Notes under the pieces: generated by a model | What the model was told of the DNA's origin: nothing | The model's input: the letters and a program-made list of their open reading frames with translations, nothing else | Database searches by the model: none | NCBI GenBank assembly: GCA_038231135.1 | Contig: JBBRLX010000003.1 | Coordinates: 1-64,000 of the forward strand | DNA: 64,000 nucleotides | From: Candidatus Eiseniibacteriota bacterium | Lineage (GTDB): Bacteria; Eisenbacteria; RBG-16-71-46 | Reading direction: 5' to 3' | Position numbers and translations under genes: made by a program | Shown here: one piece after another, positions 11,222-21,100 of the stretch | Layout of the letters: each line of letters begins with the position of its first letter | Numbering within the stretch: position 1 is the stretch's first letter

Positions 11222-11459
11222 TCAGTGCCTCGTCAATTCGAAGGAACGGCTCGCGAGGCGGTTGTGCACCCGCGAGTTGGAGTATGTCGGACCGCCGAAG
11301 TATGCGACCGCCGGGACCGGGGGGCAAGCGGGTCCGAATGTCATCTCTTCGTGTAGCGGCTACACCGGAACGCAGCAGGGCTTACATCACCGTCGGGGCC
11401 GGCGTACGGAAATCGGAGAAAACAGCGGGGTTTTGGAGGACGCCGTCCGCGCGCGTCGA

Positions 11460-11475
11460 TGGCACGATGCATGCC
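11460..11475 (+). promoter_or_regulatory. Putative sigma54 -24/-12 promoter
   Basis: TGGCACG-ATGC-ATGC: exact -24 element, GG-N10-GC spacing, about 64 nt upstream of GTG 11538. Confidence 0.55.
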
Positions 11476-11537
11476 CTATCTCCGGGTCGGTCTGGGCCCG
11501 TATCCAGGCTGACGCGTAGACATCGAGGGGGGACGCA

Positions 11538-11885
11538 GTGCGCCTCACAGGTCATGACGTCATCTCGATTCGATACAAGCTTCGCAGCGACGCCGGGCTC
11601 GTGGAACTGGCGCGGCGGGGCGACACCGGAGCGTTCGACGCATTCGTGGAACGTCATCAGGGCTGCGTCTATGCGCTCGTTCTCGGACTCCTCGGCCACG
11701 AGCAGGATGCCGCCGTGCCGTTGCGCGAAACGTTCGTCGCCGCTTATCGCGACCTGAACGACGCGGCTGCCGTGGGGTCTCCGCGCCTGTGGCTGCATCG
11801 CCACGCGCTGCGGGCGGCCTTCGCGTCGATTCACGCGCTGCATGGCGAGCGTTCGCGGGTCATGGAGCGACACCGGTCCTCGTAG
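11538..11885 (+). CDS. ECF sigma factor region-2-only protein (no region 4); possibly a truncated gene
   Basis: SDAGLVELARRGDTGAFDAFVERHQGCVYALV...DAAVPLRETFVAAY...PRLWLHRHA resembles sigma70 regions 1.2-2. GAGGGGG RBS. Stops after 115 aa. Confidence 0.65.
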   Translation: MRLTGHDVISIRYKLRSDAGLVELARRGDTGAFDAFVERHQGCVYALVLGLLGHEQDAAVPLRETFVAAYRDLNDAAAVGSPRLWLHRHALRAAFASIHALHGERSRVMERHRSS

Positions 11886-12271
11886 CGAGCGGTTCGACTC
11901 CGGGAGCCTGGAGCAGGCAACCCCTTCCGCCTGCCCGATCGTTCCCGGGGTGATCATGGCGGCCGGGCCCCCTCCGGGCCGCCCCCTCGCTCCGTCGAGC
12001 CTCCAGGGGGGCGTCCGCCCCGAAATCGGGAATCCTGCCCGGTGTGACCGGCCATCGTTCAATTTGCCATGCCGTTCCCGTGCTGCCTCGTGATTGGGTT
12101 CGCGGCGGATTGTTCAGTCGTGGTAATGTGGAACGGACCCTCGCCCGCCGGAGACACTCGCATCCGGCGGCATTCCGACGTGCAACCCAACCGATTTCCC
12201 CCCGTGCGGACACGTACCCGCCCAGGATCGCTGCTCCGGCGCGGTTCGGACGGCAGACGAGGAGCGACATC

Positions 12272-13987
12272 ATGCGCAGCGGTGCCCCCGTGCTTCGAAG
12301 CACAACGATCGCGAGTTTCCTGGCACTGGTTTCGGCAGTTACTCTGGCGTCGTCCCCGGCCTGGGCCGGCCCCCTGCTGGCGGCCCGCCCGTGGGTCTCG
12401 CAGCGCGCGGCCTCGGGCCCCACGAACACCACGCTCGCCCCGTCCAACGACACCTGCGCCGGCGCGATCGTGATTCCGTGCGGCACGTTCAACCTGTCCG
12501 GCGACACCAGCACCGCCACCAACGACTACACGTTCCCGTCGGACGACGCCTCGTGCACCGGTTTCATCGAGAACGGCCGCGACGTCGTGTACAAGATCAA
12601 CGCCATGGCGGGGGACAGCATCTGGGTGGACTTCAGTTCCGCCTCGACCGATGGGGCGATCTACATCGTCACCGACTGCAACAACGTTTCGGGGTCGTGC
12701 GTGGTGGGCGAGGACAGCACGAATGTCGGAGAGCTCGAGTCGCTGCGCTACAAGTTCACGGCGGCCGGCACCTACTACATGATCTTCGATTCATTCGGCA
12801 ACGACGTCGGCGGCACGTGGAGCGCGACCGGCCAGCTCATCTGCGTGGTGCAGCCGCCGCCGCCGTCCAACGACCGCTGCAACACCGCGACGCCGATCAC
12901 CTGCGGCGCGTTCTCGTTCTCGGGCAGCACCGAGTTCGCCACCAACGACTACCAGTTCCCGAGCGCGGCTGCGTCGTGCTTCAACTCCATGGCCCAGGGC
13001 AAGGACGTCACCTACAAGCTGGTCGTGGGCCCCGGTGACAGCCTGTGGGTGAACTACAACTCCTCGACGGACGGCGCCGTGTACCTCATCGCCGATTGCG
13101 CGGATCCGGTCAACACCTGCGTCGTCGGCGCCGATGCCGTGGGGGCGGGCCAGACCGAGCAGTTGCGTTACCGGTTCAATTTCGGCGGCACCTATTACCT
13201 GGTGCTCGATTCCAAGGCGCTGAACAGCTTCGGCACGTTCACGATGAGCGGCGAGTACCTCTGCCCGCAGCCGCCCAAGAACGACATCTGCGAGTTCGCG
13301 AACCCGATTCCGTGCGGCAATTTCAGCCTGTCGGGCAGCACCCAGCTCGCGAGCGACAACTACTCGTTCGACACCGACGCCCAGTCGTGCACCGGCTACC
13401 GGGCGGCGGGCCGGGACGTGGTCTACAAGGTCTACGCCACCACCGGCGACAGCCTGGCGATCGACTATCGCAGCACGGCGGACGGTTCGATCTACATCCT
13501 CACCAATTGCAACGACACGAACGGCAGTTGCGTCGCGGGCGAGGACAGCGCGGGCATCGGCGACACCGAGACGCTGCGGTACAAGTTCCACTCCACGGGC
13601 ACCTTTTACATCATCCTCGACTCGTTCGGCACCAACACGTACGGGACGTGGACCGCTACCGGCCGCATGAACTGCAAGACCACCGGGGTCACGGACCCCT
13701 CCGAACCGACCGCGCTCGCGCTCGGGGCGCCGATGCCGAATCCGTTCCGCTCCGCGACGACGATTCCGTTCTCGCTGCCGCGCCGCGGGCTCGTGACCGT
13801 GCGCCTGCTGGACCTCCAGGGTCGCGTGGTGCGGACGCTCGCCGATGGCGAGTTCGCCGCGGGCAGCCACGACATCCACTGGGATGGGCGTGACGATCAG
13901 GGCAGTCTGGTGCGAGCCGGCGTGTACTTCGTGAAATTGCGCAGCGCCGACGGCTCCGACATGCGTCGCGCCGTGTTCGTTCGATAA
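12272..13987 (+). CDS. Secreted protein with three tandem ~140-aa Cys-rich (PPC-like) modules and C-terminal FlgD-Ig/CTD-like domain
   Basis: GAGGAG RBS, signal peptide. Repeats start NDTCAGA, NDRCNTA and NDICEFA. C-terminal PNPF...LDLQGRVVR...WDG...GVYFVKL. Confidence 0.8.
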   Translation: MRSGAPVLRSTTIASFLALVSAVTLASSPAWAGPLLAARPWVSQRAASGPTNTTLAPSNDTCAGAIVIPCGTFNLSGDTSTATNDYTFPSDDASCTGFIENGRDVVYKINAMAGDSIWVDFSSASTDGAIYIVTDCNNVSGSCVVGEDSTNVGELESLRYKFTAAGTYYMIFDSFGNDVGGTWSATGQLICVVQPPPPSNDRCNTATPITCGAFSFSGSTEFATNDYQFPSAAASCFNSMAQGKDVTYKLVVGPGDSLWVNYNSSTDGAVYLIADCADPVNTCVVGADAVGAGQTEQLRYRFNFGGTYYLVLDSKALNSFGTFTMSGEYLCPQPPKNDICEFANPIPCGNFSLSGSTQLASDNYSFDTDAQSCTGYRAAGRDVVYKVYATTGDSLAIDYRSTADGSIYILTNCNDTNGSCVAGEDSAGIGDTETLRYKFHSTGTFYIILDSFGTNTYGTWTATGRMNCKTTGVTDPSEPTALALGAPMPNPFRSATTIPFSLPRRGLVTVRLLDLQGRVVRTLADGEFAAGSHDIHWDGRDDQGSLVRAGVYFVKLRSADGSDMRRAVFVR

Positions 13988-14009
13988 GACGCGGGGCGAC
14001 GAGGCGATC

Positions 14010-14040
14010 ACGGGACTGCGCCGCGAGGCGGCAGTCCCGT
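14010..14040 (+). terminator. Probable intrinsic terminator hairpin
   Basis: ACGGGACTGC-GCC-GCGA-GGC-G-GCAGTCCCGT stem with a GNRA loop, just after stop 13987. Confidence 0.55.
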
Positions 14041-14090
14041 TCGCTTGGGTGCGCCGCTGGCCGGGCGGAACACGAGACCGGGAGGCGCCC

Positions 14091-15392
14091 ATGCGGGTGA
14101 TGCTGGCGATGCTGTCCCACACCTACCGCGCGGGGGCGTTTCTCGACGCCGCGCGCACGCTGGGCGTCGAGGTCACGGTGGCCTCGGAGCGTGCGCAGGC
14201 GCTGGCGGCGCTGCACCCCGCCGGACACCTCACGCTCGACTTCTCCGATCCCCCGCGGGCGGCGGCGGCGATCGCCGACTTCGGGCGGCGTCACCCGCTC
14301 GACGCCGTGGTGGCCACGGATGACGAAGGGGCATGGGCGGCGGCGCTGGCGGCCCGGGAACTCGGTCTGCGTCACGCCGCGCCCGGGGCCGTGGCGGCCG
14401 CGGGTGACAAGGCGCTGATGCGCGCGGCGTTCGAGCGCGCGGGACTGCCCGGACCGCGGGTCGAGCGCTTCACCACCGCCGACGATCCCGCGTCGTTCGC
14501 GGGGCGGATGAGCTATCCCTGCGTGGTGAAGCCCACGCGCCTCGCCGCGAGCCGCGGCGTGATTCGCGCGAACGACGCCCGGGAATTCGTCGAGGCGTTC
14601 CGGCGCACCGGCGCGATCGTGGAAGCGGCGGCCGCGACGATCACGGGCCCGAGGGCCGCCGGTGCCGCGGGCGCGACCGCCCCCGGTGCGATCCTCGTCG
14701 AATCGTTCCTGCCCGGCGTGGAAGTGGCGGTCGAGGGCGTGCTCACCGCGGGAGTCCTGCGGGTGCTCGCGATGTTCGACAAACCCGATCCGCTCGACGG
14801 GCCGTGGTTCGAGGAGACGCTCTACGTCACCCCGTCGCGCCACCGGGCGCAGGTCCGGGAGGCAATCGTCGATGCGGTGGACCTTGCAGCACGGGCCCTC
14901 GGCCTCGACCACGGACCGGTGCACGCCGAGGTGCGCTGGGACGGATCCCGGGCGGTGGTGGTCGAGATTGCCCCGCGTTCGATCGGAGGGCTATGCTCAC
15001 GGGCGTTGCGGTTCGATCCCGACGGCTCGCTCGAAAGCGTGCTGTTGCGCCACGCGCTCGGCGACCCGATCGAACGGGTCGAGCGCGAATCGCGGGCTTC
15101 GGGGGTCATGATGCTGCCGATTCCCCGCGCGGGCACGCTCGCCGGGGTTCGCGGCGCAGAGGCGGCCCGCGCCGTGGCGGGCATCGACGACGTGCGCATC
15201 ACGATTCCCGTCGGGGACCGGCTGGTGCCGTTGCCCGAGGGCGCACGGTATCTGGGATTCGTGTTCGCCCGTGCCGGCACACCGGAAGCGGTGGAAGCCG
15301 CGTTGCGGGCCGCGCACGGGCTGCTCGAATTCGACATCGTCAGCGAGGCCGCGCCGCAGGCGGCACGGATCGCGAAAGGACACTCCGCATGA
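14091..15392 (+). CDS. ATP-grasp domain protein (L-amino acid ligase-like)
   Basis: DKALMR, YPCVVKPTRLAASRGV, ILVESFLPGVEVAVE, HAEVR...VEIAPRSIGG; GGGAGG RBS. Confidence 0.9.
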   Translation: MRVMLAMLSHTYRAGAFLDAARTLGVEVTVASERAQALAALHPAGHLTLDFSDPPRAAAAIADFGRRHPLDAVVATDDEGAWAAALAARELGLRHAAPGAVAAAGDKALMRAAFERAGLPGPRVERFTTADDPASFAGRMSYPCVVKPTRLAASRGVIRANDAREFVEAFRRTGAIVEAAAATITGPRAAGAAGATAPGAILVESFLPGVEVAVEGVLTAGVLRVLAMFDKPDPLDGPWFEETLYVTPSRHRAQVREAIVDAVDLAARALGLDHGPVHAEVRWDGSRAVVVEIAPRSIGGLCSRALRFDPDGSLESVLLRHALGDPIERVERESRASGVMMLPIPRAGTLAGVRGAEAARAVAGIDDVRITIPVGDRLVPLPEGARYLGFVFARAGTPEAVEAALRAAHGLLEFDIVSEAAPQAARIAKGHSA

Positions 15393-16030
15393 TCACGATC
15401 ACTCCCGTCGCCATCGGACGTATTCACGAGTTCATGGAGGCCGAGGCGGCCCAGCGGGCAGCGGGCGCTCCCCCCGACGACGCCGCGGCGCCGGCCGCCC
15501 CGGCACTCGCGCTGCGCTTCGGGGTCCAGGGCCGCGGGCCGGGCGGATTCCAGTACAAGCTGGCATTCGTGGGCGCGGCCGATCGCGCGCCGTCGGATAC
15601 CGTCGTCGACGCCGGGCCGTTCCAGGTGTTCATCGAGGCCGACAGCGTCGCCTCGCTGACGGGCGCCGTCATCGATTTCGTCGAGGGGCCCGGGGAGAGC
15701 GGGTTCAAGATCGACAATCCGAATCCGCTGTGGACCGACCCGGTCGCCCAGGCGGTGCAGAAGGTGCTCGATGACGACATCAATCCCGCGGTGGGATCGC
15801 ACGGGGGCTGGGTGTCGCTGCTGGATGTGAAGGACCAGGTGGCCTACGTGCAGCTCGGGGGCGGCTGCCAGGGCTGCGGCATGGCCGACGTCACGCTCAA
15901 GCAGGGCATCGAGGTCCGCATCAAGGAGATGGTGCCGGCGATCCGCGGGATCGTGGACACCACGGATCATGCGGGGGGCTCGAACCCCTACTATCGCCCG
16001 GCGAAGGGCGGCGCCTCGCCGTACTCGTGA
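15389..16030 (+). CDS. nfuA: Fe-S cluster carrier NfuA (degenerate A-type domain + NifU-C domain)
   Basis: GAVIDFV...GFKIDNPN and INPAVGSHGGWV...GGGCQGC...TLKQGIE...DTTDHAGGSNPYY. ATGA overlap. Confidence 0.85.
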   Translation: MITITPVAIGRIHEFMEAEAAQRAAGAPPDDAAAPAAPALALRFGVQGRGPGGFQYKLAFVGAADRAPSDTVVDAGPFQVFIEADSVASLTGAVIDFVEGPGESGFKIDNPNPLWTDPVAQAVQKVLDDDINPAVGSHGGWVSLLDVKDQVAYVQLGGGCQGCGMADVTLKQGIEVRIKEMVPAIRGIVDTTDHAGGSNPYYRPAKGGASPYS

Positions 16031-17454
16031 CGCCGCGCGCCGGGCGCGCGCCACGCCACGCTCTGCTCGTCTCCACCTACGATCTGGGGCACTCGCCGTT
16101 CGGCCTGGCGTCCCCGGCGGCGTGGCTCAGGGAGCGCGGCTGGCGCGTCTCGGTCGCCGACACCGCGATCGATCCGCTCGACGAGTCCGCCGCGGCCGCC
16201 GCCGACCTGATCGCCGTGTACGTCCCTATGCACACGGCCACGCGCCTCGCCGCCCGGTTGCTGCCCCGGCTGCGGTCGCTGAACCCGCGCGCACACGTCA
16301 TGCTCTACGGACTCTACGCCGCGCTCAACCGCGATCACCTCGTGGCGCTGGGGGCCGACTCGGTCGTGAGCGGCGAATTCGAAGGCGCGCTCGCGGCGCT
16401 GGCGGCCGCGATCGAGGCGGCGGTCGACCCGCGCACCGTCGAGACGGGACCCGAGGTGGTGCTCGACCGGCTCGAGTTTCGCGTGCCCGATCGCACCGGG
16501 CTGCCGCCGCCCTCGCGCTATGCGCATGTCCACCTGCCCGACGGCTCCATCCGCGCCGCCGGTCACACCGAAGCCAGCCGCGGCTGCCGGCACCACTGCC
16601 GGCACTGTCCGATCGTGCCGGTCTACGACGGACGGTTCCGGATCGTGCCGCGCGAGATCGTGCTGGAGGACATCCGGCGGCAGGTCGCGCAGGGCGCGGG
16701 CCACATCACGTTCGGCGATCCGGATTTCTGGAATGGTCCCGGACACGCGATGCCGCTGGTCCGCGAGTTGCACGCCGAGCACCCGCATCTGACCTACGAC
16801 GTGACGATCAAGATCGAACATCTGCTGGCCCACGCGGACCGGCTGCCGGAGCTGGCCGCCACCGGCTGCCTGTTCGTGACCAGCGCCGTCGAAGCCGTCG
16901 ACGACCGCATCCTCGAGCGTCTCGACAAGCGCCACACGCGGGCCGACTTCGTCATGGCCGCGCAACGGATGCGGGCGGCCGGGCTCACGCTGCACCCGAC
17001 GTTCGTGGCGTTCACGCCGTGGACCACGGCGGCCGGCTGGCTCGACATGCTCGAGACCATCGAGGAGCTGGGGCTGATCGAGCACGTGGCGCCGATCCAG
17101 CATGCGATCCGGCTGCTGGTGCCGGCGGGCTCGCGGTTGCTCGAACTGCCGGAGGTGCGCGGCTGGACGGGGCCGTTCGATCGCGAGGCGCTCGTCCATC
17201 CCTGGCGGCATCCGGATGCGGAGGTGGACCTATTGCAGCAGCGGGCGCTCGAGGTCGTGACGGCCGGAGCGGCCGCCGGGTGGCCGCGAGCGTCGACGTT
17301 CGAGCGGTTGCGGGAGCTGGCCGCCCGGAGCGCAGGCCGGGCGGCGCGCCGCGTCGCCGACGCCGGCTCCTGGCGCCGGGCCCCGGTTCCCTATCTCAGC
17401 GAGCCGTGGTACTGCTGAGCAGAGCCGCTCGCGGAGCCGGCGGCTCCCGTTTGA
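16027..17454 (+). CDS. CUAEP-tail radical SAM selenoprotein (B12-binding-like N-terminus); Sec at TGA 17416-17418, true stop 17452-17454
   Basis: CxxxCxxC motif EASRGCRHHCRHC. The 3' end reads gag ccg tgg tac tgc TGA gca gag ccg = EPWYC-U-AEP, then LAEPAAPV*. Hairpin directly downstream. GTGA overlap with nfuA. Confidence 0.85.
17419..17449 (+). promoter_or_regulatory. Candidate bacterial SECIS hairpin
   Basis: GAGCCGC(17422-28)/GCGGCTC(17440-46) stem, or alternatively GGAGCC-GGC-GGCTCC(17433-47). Both give a G-starting apical loop 15-21 nt after the UGA. Confidence 0.6.
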
Positions 17455-17585
17455 TGGAAGTTCGATCTCGCACGCGGAGCCTCCCGGCTTCCGGTCGCCG
17501 TGCGGTTCGAGTCACGTAGGGCGGGGGAATCCCGCCAACCCACGCAGCCGGGCCTTGGGTCCCGGCGCAATCACGGAGCCGAACG

Positions 17586-18026
17586 ATGAAGCGCACGGCA
17601 GCAGCGGAGTGGAAGGGCGGCCTCAAGGACGGTGCGGGAATTGTGTCGACGGGCAGCGGAACGCTGAAGAACGTCCGCTACTCCTTCCGGGACCGCTTCG
17701 AAGATGGACAGGGCACGAACCCCGAGGAATTGATCGCGGCCGCGCACGCGGGGTGTTTCTCGATGGCGCTGTCGGGGGAGCTCGGCAAGGCCAACCTGAC
17801 GCCCGACAGCATCCAGACCACGGCGAACCTGACGCTCGACAAGACCGATGCCGGCTGGACGGTGACCGCGATCCGCCTCGACCTCCGCGCCCGCGTCCCC
17901 GGCGCCACCCCCGAAGCCTTCGACAAGGCCGCGCAGGACGCCAAGCGCGGCTGCCCGATCTCGCGGCTGCTGAACACCGAGATCACGCTCGACGCCAAAC
18001 TGGAATCCGAACCCGCGAGGAACTGA
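17586..18026 (+). CDS. osmC: OsmC family peroxiredoxin
   Basis: WKGGLKDGAG...GTNPEELIAAAHAGCFSMAL...AKRGCPISRLL with two catalytic Cys. Confidence 0.92.
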   Translation: MKRTAAAEWKGGLKDGAGIVSTGSGTLKNVRYSFRDRFEDGQGTNPEELIAAAHAGCFSMALSGELGKANLTPDSIQTTANLTLDKTDAGWTVTAIRLDLRARVPGATPEAFDKAAQDAKRGCPISRLLNTEITLDAKLESEPARN

Positions 18027-18117
18027 GCGGAGCGACAGGCGAGGCGTATCGGAAGGTACTCCGCAGCCTGTCGCGACGAGCCAACGCGTCAATCGGGCAG
18101 CCTACGCGCCCTGACGT

Positions 18118-21100
18118 TCACCAGCCCGGTTGGACGCTGAATTGCCAGTACCAGCTCTTCCCCGGCCGGTCGTTGGGATGGACGTAGTCCAGCTCGCCGA
18201 TCAGGAAGCCGAACAGGTTCGCGCGCATCGCGAGTCCCTGGCTCGTCACCCCCGTGTGGCCGGATCCGGAGAAGCTGGGTGAACCGCCCGAGTTCCACGC
18301 CACGCCGGCGTCGAAGAACGGCGCTAGCTCGACCGGCGGCACACCGGGCGTGTTGAACAGGCCGAACGCTCCCACCAGCGGGATCCGCAGCTCGATGTTG
18401 CCCACCGCGAGCCGGCTGCCGAACAGCTGCCCGTAGGTCGGCGACTGGGATACTTCGTCGAGCGAGAACGACCCGTCGTCGTAGCCCCGCACCAGGTTGG
18501 GATAGCCGAGGAACAACGGGCTCAGCACCCCGGCCTCCGCATCGCTGCCGTAGCGGCCGTAGTGCAGGCCCCGCACGGCGATCGTCCACGGCTTGCGCGG
18601 CATGAGGTAGCTGCGCCAGTCCGCGAGCACTCCCGTGTAGTGGAGATCGCCGGTCACCGGCTCGAGCGAGAACCGGCCACGGCTCCCCGCGATCGGGCTC
18701 GTGCCGCCGAAGAACGAGTTGTCGTGCACCCATGCGATGTTACCGACCGCGAGATCCACGCGCGGCAACCCGGTCTGGAGGTTCGACGTGTTGTCCGACT
18801 GGATCGTGCCGTCGGGGTTGATGATCCGGGTCTCGACCTGTGCCGCGAATTCGAGGCTCTGATAGCCCGCGGACATCTCGACGCGCTCGGAGCGCGAGAA
18901 CGGGTAGGCGATGGTCGCCGCGGCACGGCGCTCGGTCTGCCAGAACCGGACGTCCTGCTGGCGCAGGTAGCCGCTGACCGGATCGATGTCCTGCGTGATC
19001 TGGCGCGTGATGTACGGCAACTGGCTCAGCTCGAATCCCCAGTTGAGGCGCGAGCGCAGGTTCGTGTAGTCGGCAACCGCCGCGATGTTGCGCGTGAAAT
19101 CGCTGCCGTCGGAGCTCAGCTGGAGGTACGTGTCCAGGTTGTGATCGCCCAGCATGTCGCTCCAGTAGAGCGCGGCGCCGCCGACGCCGGCGACGCCCGT
19201 GCCCGTGGAGCCGAACCCGACCTCCACCTGCGACACCTTGTCGAGCGTGAGCGACGGCCGGTAGCGCGAGTGCTGGAACGAGCTGGTGTCAGTGCGTCCG
19301 AACCGGGTATCGCCGATCAGCGTCGCGACCCGGGGGGCATCCGGACCGGCCACCCGCGTGCGCCAGGCGGTGCTGGTGTCATTCGCCGTCACGACCGGTG
19401 GCAGCGAGGTGTCGTCGAACATCGACGTGCGGGAGCGCGGGATCAGCATCGGGGGCTGGCGGTCCTTGAGTGCGCTGTCGGGCGGCGCCATGCGATGGGC
19501 GAGCGGCAGCGGCGGCTCGACCGGAACGTCCGCGATGAGGCTCGCCGGGTTCGGCGTGGGCAGGTCGCGTAACGGAGTGTTGCGGTGCGACAGCGAATCG
19601 ACCGAGTAGAGGTTGTAGGTGCCGTTGTCGTAGCCGGCGAACACCATGCGGTCCGCGTCGCGGGCGACGGAGAACGCCGGACTGTAGGCGGTGATGCCAC
19701 TCACCCCCGAGGACACGGTCGTGACCTGCGACCAGTCCCCGCTCGCGATGTCGAGCCGATAGACGTTGGAGATGCCGCCGCGGTCGACCACCGCGTAGAT
19801 CGAGTTGCCGTCGGCCGACCACTGCGGATTGATGTGCTTGGCGCCCTCGATGTGCGGGAGCTCGCGGATCGTGCCCGTCGCGGGCTCGATCGTCGCGAGC
19901 CGCAGCGACCCCACGGCCAGGCTGTCGAGGTTCGTCGAGAACCGCTCGGTGCTGAACGCGATCGTGCGGCCGTCGGGGGACCAGGAGGGCTGCAGGTCGG
20001 CATAGAGGTCTTCGGTGAGCCGCTCGGGCTCGCCGCCCGCCAGCTTCAGCGTGTAGAGGTCGCTCTCCCCATGGACGAGCGCCGAGAATGCGAGCGTCGT
20101 TCCGTCCGGGGACCACGACAGACTCAGCACCTCGTCGACCTGCGGCAACTGGTACGCGTGCGTCATGCGGCCCGAGGTGGCGTTCACCACGGTGATCGAC
20201 GCCTCGCCGTTGCGCACGGTCGAGAACGCGAACGACCGGCTGTCCGGGCTCCAGGCGCCCGAGCCCGACACGAATTCGAGGCTCTGGAGGTGCGGGTCCA
20301 CGGTGGCCCGGGTCAGCTTGCGCAGGATCCTGCCGGAGTGCGCGTCGGCGAGGTAGAGGTCCATCGTGTAGAGGTCGCGCTCGGACAGGAACATCATGCG
20401 GCTGCCGTCGGGGCTCACCGACGGCGCCAGATTGTAGCGGCCGACGTCGCCGCGGTTCTTCACCAGCGCGTGGCCGTCCTGGCCCGGATCGCGCCGCGGC
20501 ACCTGGTTTGCCAGCGCGCGCAACGACCGTTGCCACTCGCGCGACAGCGAATCCGAATTCATGCCGAGCTGCGACGAGAACGCCAGGTTGACTTCACCCC
20601 CGCGGGCGGCCGAGCGCATCACCTCGGCGACCGCGCGATCGCCCCAGCGCTGGCCGATGTAGGCCCACAGCGCGTGGCCGAACCGATACGGGAAGTAGTG
20701 CGGATCGCTGAGCTTCTCGATCGTCGGCAGGTGGTTGTGGTACGCGGCATCGCGCATCCACATCGCGGTGTGCGGGTCGACGGGGCCGATCGACATGTAC
20801 TCCGCCATGCCCTCGATGAACCACAGCGGCAACCGCTGGATCGCCGGCTGGGAGCCCTGCGACCGCCCGGTCATGTCGTACTGGAACGCGTGGGTCAGCT
20901 CGTGGCCGATCACGTGATCGGTCTCCGCGAGCGATGCGCCGACGGGCAGCACGATGCGGCGCTTGAGCGATTCGGTGACGCCGCCGGTGCCCTCCTCGAG
21001 CTCGCCAGGAATTGCATTGGTCTGCTCGAAGTGCGTGTGGCTGGCGTAGAGGATCAGCGCCTGCCGGTTCGACAGGTCGTGACCGAGCACGCGCGACAGC

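Noticed and set aside
16027..17418. Radical SAM protein ending at the first TGA (463 aa), as in the ORF track
   Set aside because: The C-TGA-AEP context and the adjacent hairpin favour Sec readthrough to 17454.
17454..17519. 21-aa ORF (MEVRSRTRSLPASGRRAVRVT) overlapping the radical SAM stop, as a possible precursor peptide
   Set aside because: No clear RBS, Arg/Ser-rich composition typical of non-coding GC-rich DNA, and no leader/core pattern.
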